From Bacilli bacterium (lineage in GTDB: Bacteria; Bacillota_I; Bacilli_A; RFN20; CAG-826): a stretch of DNA of 64,000 bases. Location of the stretch: NCBI GenBank assembly GCA_017619815.1, contig JAFZRR010000017.1, positions 1 to 64,000 of the forward strand, read 5' to 3'. Positions 18,413-27,101 of this stretch are shown piece by piece. The stretch's first letter is position 1, and each line of letters begins with the position of its first letter. A program made the position numbers and the translations under genes. The notes under the pieces are model-generated. The model was not told the DNA's origin. It did not search any database and saw only the letters and a list, made by a program, of their open reading frames with translations.

Positions 18413-19309
18413 ATGAAAAAGATGAGAATTCCACTACTAATTGCCTGGGGCGTAGCTATCTTAGGAATTGTTTTAGGATCATTTTTTGATTTAAACATTT
18501 CTAAAGCCATCGCATCCGCGAACAATGGATTCGGTTTAACAGTGTCCGCGATTGGCCCAACAATTGGTTTCAGCGCAGTTGCACTTATGGGTGGTGGCTT
18601 TATTGCCTTAATTGTGAAAGGCAAATATCACATTGCCTTAAAGATTCTCTTTGGTGTTTTAGCAGCGTGCTGTTTAGGTGTTGCTATTTATTATCCAGCT
18701 GGAGAATACTTTGGTATTAATGGTTTCTATGGCAAGGCTCCTGAATGGGCGGGTTATTTAATTGCTATTTGGCCCGCAGTTGGTGCTTTAGTCGGTGGTT
18801 ATTTCTTATTCAAGGATTTCCAAAATAAGAATATTTGGATTGTCTTCTGCATTATTATTGTTCTCTTATTAATTGCTTTATTAGCCATTATTCCAACACT
18901 AAAAGACACAATCCATCGTCCACGCTTTAGAACAATTTCTAGTTATCCAATTGATTTCCATAACTGGTGGGAACCGTGCAAAAATTATAAAGAATTAAAA
19001 GAAGCTTATGGTATTGCTAGTGACAACTTTAAATCTTATCCAAGCGGTCATACCGCTGAAGCAAGTATCTTATTTGTCTTCATTACATTTATGCCACTCA
19101 TTAATAAAAAATTTGAAAAGATTCAATTACCAGTATTCATTGGTTCTGGCGTATTGGTCTTATTAGTTGCTTTCGCTCGTATCTTAGCGGCCGCGCATTT
19201 CTTAAGTGATGTCTCTTGGGGCGCATTCGTCATCTTAACTTTGACAGTGATCGCTAACGAAGTTGTGATGAGAATCAAACCACTTCAAATTCAAGAAGAA
19301 CAAGAATAA
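18413..19309 (+). CDS. PAP2-family membrane phosphatase (PgpB/UppP-type)
   Basis: Motifs HRPRFRT (KX6RP-like), PSGH and ARILAAAHFLSD (SRX5HX3D). Multiple TM segments. SD GGGGG upstream. Confidence 0.75.
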   Translation: MKKMRIPLLIAWGVAILGIVLGSFFDLNISKAIASANNGFGLTVSAIGPTIGFSAVALMGGGFIALIVKGKYHIALKILFGVLAACCLGVAIYYPAGEYFGINGFYGKAPEWAGYLIAIWPAVGALVGGYFLFKDFQNKNIWIVFCIIIVLLLIALLAIIPTLKDTIHRPRFRTISSYPIDFHNWWEPCKNYKELKEAYGIASDNFKSYPSGHTAEASILFVFITFMPLINKKFEKIQLPVFIGSGVLVLLVAFARILAAAHFLSDVSWGAFVILTLTVIANEVVMRIKPLQIQEEQE

Positions 19310-19321
19310 AAATAATCAAAA

Positions 19322-19356
19322 TAAAAAAGGCATCTCGAATGAGATGCTTTTCTTTT
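19322..19356. terminator. bidirectional intrinsic terminator
   Basis: GCATCTC-gaat-GAGATGC hairpin flanked by A-run and T-run, lying between convergent genes. Confidence 0.65.
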
Positions 19357-21478
19357 ATACGTATTCAATTTTGACCGTTGTTTGAGTGGCGCTCATCGCG
19401 GTAAATGTAATCTTATACGGGAATGTTTCACCGTTATTCATCGTGGTTGGAACAGCACTTGTTTTAGTTAAGAAGTGCTTATATTGATTAAACGTGAAGA
19501 CATCACCTTGATGGAATAAATCTGCACCGGATAAGAAGTGTCTCACATTTTGTGAAGTGTTACCGAATGTATCGGTGCCACCTTGTTGAATGATGGCAAG
19601 TTGTTTATAGTCAGCATAGTCTTGATAGTAAGACCATCTGCTATAGTTATAGGCATTGTTATCAACTGGTTTAAAGATATATTCATTCCCAGTAATGTGC
19701 TCATCGAATTCAACAAATGAGCTGCTACCCCAAGTATATAATTGGGCATTAACGTGATATAAACGTACACCATAGTTGCCTAAGTTTTCATATGTTTCAC
19801 TGTAGTAACTCCAAGCACTTCCTTTATATTCACCATTCTTTGGATAATTCACTGCGTTATTTCCATATGGGGAGAATAATTCAATAAGGAAGTATTCATC
19901 AAACGCACTATTACTGAATGTAGTTGGATCAGCAGGAACAACAATACAGTCACCATTGATTGATGCAGCTTGAATTGTAAGTTCTGTTGGACCTGTAACA
20001 ACATATGGAGAAATCCATCCGACGGTAAATTTAGAGAATGAGTTCCAGTCAAAGATGTTATAGGATTGCATATCAGCGTAGCCGATATAATCAACACCAC
20101 TGTCGGAATAATCATAGTAGTCATCTAAACCAAAGATATGTCCTTGTTCATGAATCGCGGTGACACCATCTTTCACGTGGTTAATCGCACTTATGGAATA
20201 GACATTTGCGACAGGTGAAGTCTTTGTGCCGTGGCTACCCGTTTGATATTTATGTGGCCATAAAGGAGTACTCCAAACTTCGTTTCCAGTTTGATTTGCG
20301 TAGGTACTTGTATTGAAATTTGTAATCAAGTGGATGTTATCAATCGCACCATCATCATTCAAATCATAATCATCTAAATTGATTTGAGGATAGTTGGATC
20401 TGATATATTCAACTGCGTTAGAAATTAAAGTGAATAATTTATTCATCGAACTATCCGCTTCAATTAAGTCAGAAGTTAAACTAGTGCTTGTTTCATTGTA
20501 TGGTTCAGTAACTAAACCAGAAACATTCATTTGTCCGAAGGATGCTGTTTCATAATAGGATTTTAAAGATAATTTGTCTTCATCTTCACCAAAGTAATAT
20601 CCATCAATATTAGATAAGCTTTGTGTGGTCCAGTTGTCAGTGTAGTTACCATTTAAATTGATAGGAATGATAAGCATCTTCACATTACCTTTAGATGGAG
20701 AAATATCATCATCAAGATCGGTTTGAATGTTTGTAATATCACTAGCGTTCAAACGATAGTAATTACCACCTACGGTAAATTGATAGGAATAGTTATAACT
20801 TTGATAAGAAAGAATCAATGTGTATGTGGCATCTGCTTCTAATGGGGTTTCAAGATAGTCAGTAAGACCATCTCCTTCTTTTCTAAGAACGAAAGAAATT
20901 CCTAAAGTGTTTGTATTGATGTTGTAGTCATAATATTCATCGCCATGATTCCAATGAATCAATAATGGTAAATTGGTTAAACGATCCTTCACTACTTCAT
21001 CTTGATTGAAGACAAGGGTATTCGCGTATTCAATTGTTTGAAGAACATATCCTTCGGTATCAAAGCCAGAAGCGATATCAACATGGACATCTGTGAAATA
21101 CGATTTACTATCAACACGAATACGATAGGCAACACTATATGCACCCGCTCGATTGAATGGAGTGGTTTTATTCACTTCTTCATTTAATGGAGTAGTTATT
21201 TTACCAACGGTAAGATAATAATCAGTAAGCACTTTTTCAGTGTTATCGTCGTAAGAGGCTGTGACAACAATACCATCAGAACTATAAGTATCACCGATTT
21301 TATAAACTTTATTATCTTCAACAGAAACAGAGGTAATGACCGCTGGAGTGGTTGTGTTGTTATTGTTGTTATTGTTATTGTTGTTATTTTCGCCGTGATT
21401 AAAAATAGCAAGTAAGTCACATCCAGTTAATGCGAACATACTGCTGAAGATCACTAATTTATGTAATAATTTCTTCAT
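19355..21478 (-). CDS. lipoprotein zinc metallopeptidase, M6 (immune inhibitor A/InhA)-like
   Basis: Lipobox FALTGC and a poly-Asn linker. HEQGHIFGLDDYYD matches the M6 HExGHxLGLPDEYD signature. Confidence 0.55.
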   Translation of the reverse strand: MKKLLHKLVIFSSMFALTGCDLLAIFNHGENNNNNNNNNNNTTTPAVITSVSVEDNKVYKIGDTYSSDGIVVTASYDDNTEKVLTDYYLTVGKITTPLNEEVNKTTPFNRAGAYSVAYRIRVDSKSYFTDVHVDIASGFDTEGYVLQTIEYANTLVFNQDEVVKDRLTNLPLLIHWNHGDEYYDYNINTNTLGISFVLRKEGDGLTDYLETPLEADATYTLILSYQSYNYSYQFTVGGNYYRLNASDITNIQTDLDDDISPSKGNVKMLIIPINLNGNYTDNWTTQSLSNIDGYYFGEDEDKLSLKSYYETASFGQMNVSGLVTEPYNETSTSLTSDLIEADSSMNKLFTLISNAVEYIRSNYPQINLDDYDLNDDGAIDNIHLITNFNTSTYANQTGNEVWSTPLWPHKYQTGSHGTKTSPVANVYSISAINHVKDGVTAIHEQGHIFGLDDYYDYSDSGVDYIGYADMQSYNIFDWNSFSKFTVGWISPYVVTGPTELTIQAASINGDCIVVPADPTTFSNSAFDEYFLIELFSPYGNNAVNYPKNGEYKGSAWSYYSETYENLGNYGVRLYHVNAQLYTWGSSSFVEFDEHITGNEYIFKPVDNNAYNYSRWSYYQDYADYKQLAIIQQGGTDTFGNTSQNVRHFLSGADLFHQGDVFTFNQYKHFLTKTSAVPTTMNNGETFPYKITFTAMSATQTTVKIEYV
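21363..21396. repeat. (AAC/AAT)n simple-sequence repeat encoding an N11 tract in the M6-like lipoprotein
   Basis: GTTGTTGTTATTGTTGTTATTGTTATTGTTGTT on the plus strand. In-frame trinucleotide repeat. Confidence 0.8.
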
Positions 21479-21658
21479 ATTTTGGCCTCTTTAATGTTAA
21501 TCCAAATCATAAATTCTAATTTATGTAGAACATATTAACATATATTTATTTGAAGTGGTGCCTATTTTCCCATGTATTAGTGACATATCTTATATTTTTG
21601 AATATTTTTTTCCTTTGATTGGGCCAAGAAAAAACCAAATTTTAATGGTTAAATGCTA

Positions 21659-21687
21659 TTGTATATTCTTAAAATGCTTTATATAAT
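21659..21687 (+). promoter_or_regulatory. sigma-A-type promoter of the second SipW/TasA locus
   Basis: TTGTAT, a 17-nt spacer, then TATAAT. Predicted TSS about 21694-21696. Confidence 0.5.
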
Positions 21688-21695
21688 ATAGAAAA

Positions 21696-21709
21696 CACGA
21701 GTACTCGTG
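21696..21709 (+). promoter_or_regulatory. perfect 14-bp palindrome at the predicted TSS (operator candidate or 5' hairpin)
   Basis: CACGAGTACTCGTG. Confidence 0.4.
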
Positions 21710-21721
21710 AATAACAGAACA

Positions 21722-21826
21722 AAAGGCACACTTAGAGAAATCTAAGGTCGCAAAGCTATAGGGCCCAGAGGGCAGCCAGTTGCTTCTAAGTTTATGCTTA
21801 GAGGTTTTTTATTTTTAGAACCTCAA
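21722..21826 (+). promoter_or_regulatory. c-di-GMP-I (GEMM)-like riboswitch candidate with an intrinsic terminator expression platform
   Basis: AGGCACAC-CTTAGA-GAAA-TCTAAG-GTCGCAAAGC-TATAGGGCC...CAGCCAGTTGC. This resembles the GEMM-I pattern GGCAAACC, a GNRA hairpin, GACGCAAAGC and AGCCRGYURCC. It is followed by the hairpin CTTCTAAG-tttatg-CTTAGAGG and TTTTTTATTTTT. Confidence 0.45.
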
Positions 21827-21851
21827 GTAAGAGAAGAAGGAGATTTGTTCT

Positions 21852-22436
21852 ATGACACTCAAAAACAAAATCGCTGCTATCACAGCAGCCTCAATGGTAG
21901 CATTTGTCGGAATCGGTTTTGCTGCCTGGACATTCAACAACAGCATTGCACAAACAGCACCAGAAAGCGCTTATGCAACATCCGCAATTGAAGCAAACAA
22001 CGTTGCGCTCAGCGGAAACACAGTGGTCTATTTAGTTTTAGATCAATCCAAACCATACTGGTCAACAGCAGTCAACAACGGTTCAAAACCAGTTGAATTA
22101 GCAAATGGTAAAATCACAGTCACACCATCTTACAGTTTGCAAAATCAAAATGATGGCGCGTCTTGGACTTACACATTAACAAGTGCTATTACAGTTGATG
22201 CCGCTATTGCAACATACGTTGATGTTACAGGATTCGACACAGTTGCTAAGACAGGTACAGTTACAGCAGGAGGCGGTGCAAACCAAATCGCAGCGCAAGA
22301 TTATGACTTACCAGCTCTCGCTTACACAGCAAGCAAACCAGCAAACTATACTGATTATCAAACAATGTTAACAGCTATCGGTACCGCTCACATCACATTC
22401 ACATTCAACTGCACATTCGCAGAAGTCGCCGCATAA
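21852..22436 (+). CDS. small TasA/camelysin-like secreted protein with a SipW-cognate-type signal
   Basis: 194 aa. Signal VAFVGIGFAAWTFNN resembles the TasA GGGTWAAFND signal. SD GAAGGAG upstream. Confidence 0.55.
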   Translation: MTLKNKIAAITAASMVAFVGIGFAAWTFNNSIAQTAPESAYATSAIEANNVALSGNTVVYLVLDQSKPYWSTAVNNGSKPVELANGKITVTPSYSLQNQNDGASWTYTLTSAITVDAAIATYVDVTGFDTVAKTGTVTAGGGANQIAAQDYDLPALAYTASKPANYTDYQTMLTAIGTAHITFTFNCTFAEVAA

Positions 22437-22453
22437 CATAATAGGAGCATTAC

Positions 22454-23242
22454 ATGACATCAATTACGATTATCACTATAGTCGTAGTTGTACTCCTTTT
22501 AGGTATCGTCGGTGGATTAAGTTGGTTAGCTTATTATTCTTGTTTAAAAGCATACAAGATAGAAGTTGGCCAAGGTCTTCATGACGAACAAATTACAAAA
22601 GAATTTAATTCAAAATTACAAAAGAAAAATAAGTGGAGTCTACTAGGCACAATAGGTTCTTGGATTGCCTTAGCTGCTTTGTTATCTTTATTTGTCACAG
22701 GTATTGTATATAAGGCAAGCGGGCAAATGTTTTCAGCAAGCAACAATGTTGCTCTTGTTATCAAAACAGGATCTATGTCAGACTTCTACAACGAAGAAGT
22801 AGCGGAAGCAAATAATAATGATAGAAGTCTTCAATTTGATGTTGGCGATATCTGCTTCTTCAATAAAGTATCAAAAGATAGCGAATTAACTATCGGTGAT
22901 GTTTATGGGTATAAATACAAGAACATGATTATCACTCATAGATTAGTTTCCATAAATGGAGACTATTACCAATTTAGAGGCGATAACAATAGTATTTATG
23001 ACACATACATTACTCGTGAGAGTATCATCTACCACTACACCGGAAACAAGGCAAAAGGCATTGGATCCTTTGTTTTGTACGCTCAATCCTATTTCGGAAT
23101 TATGTCTCTAGTAGGTGTTATTGGGATTATGGTTTTATCGGAAGTCATTAATTCCAAGATTGAAACAACGAATAAAACTAGAGCAAAGGAATTAGGTTTT
23201 GATGTTGAAGCCAAGCCAAAAACTAAGGAGAAGAAGAAATGA
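22454..23242 (+). CDS. sipW: SipW-type signal peptidase I (second copy)
   Basis: IKTGSMSDF, ITHRLVS and FRGDNN catalytic boxes. N- and C-terminal TM segments. Confidence 0.65.
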   Translation: MTSITIITIVVVVLLLGIVGGLSWLAYYSCLKAYKIEVGQGLHDEQITKEFNSKLQKKNKWSLLGTIGSWIALAALLSLFVTGIVYKASGQMFSASNNVALVIKTGSMSDFYNEEVAEANNNDRSLQFDVGDICFFNKVSKDSELTIGDVYGYKYKNMIITHRLVSINGDYYQFRGDNNSIYDTYITRESIIYHYTGNKAKGIGSFVLYAQSYFGIMSLVGVIGIMVLSEVINSKIETTNKTRAKELGFDVEAKPKTKEKKK

Positions 23243-24213
23243 GGAAAAGAACTTTAATTCTTATGCCGATTATTGGTTTACTCGCTTCTGCGATGTTTTT
23301 GGGCACGGGTTATGCCGCTTGGACGATGAATGATAGCTCAGTTGATGATACTATCCGTGTTGATATTCAAGATTGGGACTTTGGTGAAATTTCTGATTCA
23401 GCGCATATCGCAAATGTTAGTCAAACATCAAATTTAACTGCTTCGCAAGAAACCGCACTACTCTCTGATTATGCAACTAGTATTGAGGCAATCAGACTTA
23501 CCAATACCGCTGGAACATCAGGTGTTGATCATAGTGTTAATGTCACTTTAGATAAAACCTATACATTAGGTAACATAGCAACTTGGAAAGTTGAATTTGA
23601 TTATTACCACGCTGAAAAGAGATCTCAAGCTGGTAAGGGCTATCCAAAGGTTCAATTACTTTATAATAATTCAGGCAAAGGAAATACCTATGGCGGAGGC
23701 AACACCATTTCTCCAACATCAGTTTATTTATCCACTGATAGTGCTGATGGTAAATGGTGGCATCTAGAATACTTCATCACCGCGTTATGTCCAACAATGT
23801 CAGACCACGGTGATACAGTTCTAAGCCCAAGCCAATTAATTAACGGTGTTAAAATTGTTGATAGTAATATTTATGATTACAGTGGAAACACCGCATTTAT
23901 CATTATTGATAATTTAAAACTCACCAACACTTCATCACAAAGACTAGGTTTATTCAACGCTGGAACATCATTCAAAGTTGGTAAATACTATTGGATGAAA
24001 ATTGCTTGGAGTGGAGAATTACAATATGTGAATATCACATTTATTGATACTTCAGGCAATCCAACTGACGAATACGCAGATTACACACCATCAGATAAGA
24101 GCCCATTCTATCTATATGGTAAAAAGGCAGGAACGATTATTGCTACTGCTACATTGATAGTTGGTGGAGGTCAGCCACTGACAATCTCCAACACTCTGAC
24201 GGTTACTAATTAG
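23239..24213 (+). CDS. secreted protein with SipW-cognate-type signal; C-terminal domain paralogous to 2851-4140
   Basis: Signal LGTGYAAWTMND. Blocks shared with 2851-4140 (see that feature). Overlaps the sipW stop by 4 nt. Confidence 0.6.
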   Translation: MRKRTLILMPIIGLLASAMFLGTGYAAWTMNDSSVDDTIRVDIQDWDFGEISDSAHIANVSQTSNLTASQETALLSDYATSIEAIRLTNTAGTSGVDHSVNVTLDKTYTLGNIATWKVEFDYYHAEKRSQAGKGYPKVQLLYNNSGKGNTYGGGNTISPTSVYLSTDSADGKWWHLEYFITALCPTMSDHGDTVLSPSQLINGVKIVDSNIYDYSGNTAFIIIDNLKLTNTSSQRLGLFNAGTSFKVGKYYWMKIAWSGELQYVNITFIDTSGNPTDEYADYTPSDKSPFYLYGKKAGTIIATATLIVGGGQPLTISNTLTVTN

Positions 24214-24275
24214 CACGATAAAATTAAAAGGAATCTTCTATAAGAAGGTTCTTTTTTTATATAATTAGTTTAGTT

Positions 24276-25274
24276 ATGATCGAAGTTAAATCTCTTACAA
24301 AAGTATTCAAAAAACCTATTCGCGGAAAAGGTGTTTTAGGCATGATTAGAACTTTGTTCTCTCGTAAGTATAAAGAAATACGAGCGGTCGATGATGTCTC
24401 TTTTGATATTAAAGAGGGAGAAATCGTCGGCTATATTGGTTCTAATGGTGCAGGTAAATCCACCACTATCAAAATGATGTGCGGCATATTAACTCCAACA
24501 TCTGGACAAGTATTAATAGACGGCAAAGAGCCATACAAGAAACGCCGCATTGTCGCCAAGGAAATAGGTGTTGTCTTTGGACAAAAAACACAACTTTGGT
24601 GGGATATTCCTTTAATTGAATCATTCAAAGTTTTGAAAGAAATTTATCAAGTTAGTGATGAAGACTATAAAACAAGAATGGAATTCCTTTCTACTGTTTT
24701 AGGTATCGATGAGTTTTTAAGTCAACCAGTAAGGACTCTCTCTTTGGGCCAAAGAATGAGAGCGGATTTAGCAGCTTCCATGCTCCATAATCCAAAGATC
24801 CTATTTTTAGATGAACCAACAATTGGTATGGATGTTCTTGTTAAAGAAAAGATCCGTTTAGCTATTCACGCATTAAACGCTAAATATCACACCACTGTTG
24901 TTTTAACTACTCATGATATGGCGGATATCGAAGATCTTTGTTCCCGCATTATCATGATTGAAAAGGGCAAAATCATTTATGATGGTCCATTAAAAGCAAT
25001 CAAACATCGTTTTGGAAATATTAAAACTTTAACAATAACAGTGCCGGCAAATATCGATCCACTTGAAGTAGCACCGTACTCAAAAGATGTCGATATGAGT
25101 AGTAAGGATGACAAAGTTATGCTTAGATTTGACGCTGATAAAGTCAAACTCGAAGATGTCGTTCAATATGCATTCTCTAGTTACCATGCGATTGATATGA
25201 AAATTACTGACATTTCTATTGAAGATGTCGTAAAGCAAATTCTTGTGCAACAAGAGGAAGCAAAACATGCTTAA
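24276..25274 (+). CDS. ABC transporter ATP-binding protein (ABC-2 type)
   Basis: Walker A GSNGAGKST, signature LSLGQRMR and Walker B ILFLDEPT. Confidence 0.85.
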   Translation: MIEVKSLTKVFKKPIRGKGVLGMIRTLFSRKYKEIRAVDDVSFDIKEGEIVGYIGSNGAGKSTTIKMMCGILTPTSGQVLIDGKEPYKKRRIVAKEIGVVFGQKTQLWWDIPLIESFKVLKEIYQVSDEDYKTRMEFLSTVLGIDEFLSQPVRTLSLGQRMRADLAASMLHNPKILFLDEPTIGMDVLVKEKIRLAIHALNAKYHTTVVLTTHDMADIEDLCSRIIMIEKGKIIYDGPLKAIKHRFGNIKTLTITVPANIDPLEVAPYSKDVDMSSKDDKVMLRFDADKVKLEDVVQYAFSSYHAIDMKITDISIEDVVKQILVQQEEAKHA

Positions 25275-26100
25275 AAAATATAAGCCATTCCTCCGTGCAT
25301 CTGCAATGGATGTTATGGCATATAAATTCAATATCTTAGTTTGGGTTATTGTCACTCTTTTTGAAGTGGCTTGTTTAGTCTTTCTTTGGTTTGCTGTTTA
25401 TCAAAGCAGTGAAGGCGGTATTGATGCTTCAATCAATGGTTTCACTTATAAAGAAATGATTGCCTATGTTGTTTTAACAACAATATTTGGTTTTGTTACT
25501 TTTAACAACGACACTCTTTGGATTATTAATAATGACATCCGAAAAGGAACTATCGGTAATTATTTAATTAAACCTATTTCTTATAGAGGTAAATTCGTAG
25601 CTTCAAACATTGGCGCTTTATTAATTATGACATTAATATTTGGCATACCGCTTTACTCAATAGGTCTAGGTGTATTAATTGGGATTGGTTTTTTACCTAT
25701 TGTTTCTGTGTGGGAATTTATTGCTCATATAGGATTATTCTTAGTCGCTGGTGTCCTTGCATGTTTAATAAATGACACAATTGCATACATATTTGGAATT
25801 CTTTGTTTCTACACAACATCTGCCTGGGGACTTAATTCTTTAAAGACCACTATTATTGCATTCTTGTCTGGTACCTTACTCCCATTAGCATTCTTCCCAC
25901 CAATATTTAGAGATATTGTTGGCTACATGCCATTTGCGGGATTAAGCCAAAATCCAGTTTTAATATTGATGATGAAATATGATTATTTTGAATCAGCGAA
26001 AGTGATTCTTATTGCTTTAGCGTGGTTAGTTATTTTGGAACTTTTTTCAAAATTACTTTTCTGTCACGCAATCAAGAAAGTAACAGTGCAGGGAGGATAA
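25267..26100 (+). CDS. ABC-2 family transporter permease
   Basis: Polytopic membrane protein. Start trimmed to MLKKYKPFL just after the ATPase stop, with an SD-like GAGGAAG upstream. Confidence 0.65.
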   Translation: MLKKYKPFLRASAMDVMAYKFNILVWVIVTLFEVACLVFLWFAVYQSSEGGIDASINGFTYKEMIAYVVLTTIFGFVTFNNDTLWIINNDIRKGTIGNYLIKPISYRGKFVASNIGALLIMTLIFGIPLYSIGLGVLIGIGFLPIVSVWEFIAHIGLFLVAGVLACLINDTIAYIFGILCFYTTSAWGLNSLKTTIIAFLSGTLLPLAFFPPIFRDIVGYMPFAGLSQNPVLILMMKYDYFESAKVILIALAWLVILELFSKLLFCHAIKKVTVQGG

Positions 26101-26101
26101 T

Positions 26102-26893
26102 ATGAGATACATAAAATTATATTTTACCTGCATTAAAAGAAGCATCTTATCGAGATTAGATTACAAGCATGATGCGATCATTTCGATTCTCTCATTCTTG
26201 TTTTCAAATGCTTGTTCTCTCTGTGCTTTGTATTTCATCTTGCAAGCCATTCCAACACTAAAGGGATATTCAATCGCAGAAGTTGGATTCTTCTATGGTT
26301 TTTCCATGCTTCCAATCGCTATAGATCATTTATTCAGCGATGAATTCTGGCTTGTCGCTTATCGTAGAGTACAACTTGGTGATATGGATATGCACTTCCT
26401 AAGACCAGTACCTGTGATATTCCAAATGTTTGCACAAACATTCCAACCAGATGGTTTTGGAGAAGTAATTGTTGGTATCGCAATGATTATTGTATGTGGC
26501 ATTAATTTGCATGTTACTGTTTCCTTTGGAGCAATATTTGTTCTTGTTATTGGCGCAGTGTTTGGAGCGATTATTATCACTTCATTTAAGATTATCTTCT
26601 CAGCGTTAGCATTCATCTTTAAACGCAGCGGACCACTACTTCAAATCATCTATAACTTTACAAGTTACGCTAAATATCCAATCGCCATTTATCCAAAAGT
26701 TATTCGTATTATCTTGATATTTGTTTTACCATTCGGCCTATTTGTTTCATTGCCTGTCGATACATTGCTTTATGGAACATATAATCCATATTTATTGAGC
26801 CTTTGCATCATTGGTGCGGCAATCGTGTTATTTGCGCTTGCCGTCCTTATTTGGACCAGATGCGAAAGACATTATGAATCAACTGGTTCTTAA
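26102..26893 (+). CDS. ABC-2 family transporter permease (second subunit)
   Basis: Polytopic membrane protein adjacent to the first permease. Confidence 0.65.
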   Translation: MRYIKLYFTCIKRSILSRLDYKHDAIISILSFLFSNACSLCALYFILQAIPTLKGYSIAEVGFFYGFSMLPIAIDHLFSDEFWLVAYRRVQLGDMDMHFLRPVPVIFQMFAQTFQPDGFGEVIVGIAMIIVCGINLHVTVSFGAIFVLVIGAVFGAIIITSFKIIFSALAFIFKRSGPLLQIIYNFTSYAKYPIAIYPKVIRIILIFVLPFGLFVSLPVDTLLYGTYNPYLLSLCIIGAAIVLFALAVLIWTRCERHYESTGS

Positions 26894-26931
26894 TAAAAAA
26901 GCCGCCATTACTGACGACTTAACAATCTATT

Positions 26932-27007
26932 TGGTGGATCTAATCGGGATCGAACCGACGACCTCATCGTTGCGAACGATGCGCTCTCCCAACTGAGCTA
27001 CAGACCC
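26932..27007 (-). tRNA. tRNA-Ala (anticodon CGC), CCA encoded
   Basis: GGGTCTGTAGCTCAGTTGGGAGAGCGCATCGTTCGCAACGATGAGGTCGTCGGTTCGATCCCGATTAGATCCACCA. Cloverleaf folds with G3:U70, A73, anticodon loop TTCGCAA and T-loop TTCGATC. Confidence 0.8.
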
Positions 27008-27101
27008 ATGCTTGTATTATCTTATATATCTTTTATAAAAATTTCAAATATTTATCATGTCAATACTGATAATTAAAAAATATTCTTTTTATAATAGTCG
27101 T

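Noticed and set aside
26811-26996. 61-aa plus-strand ORF
   Set aside because: It overlaps the tRNA-Ala gene on the opposite strand and is spurious.
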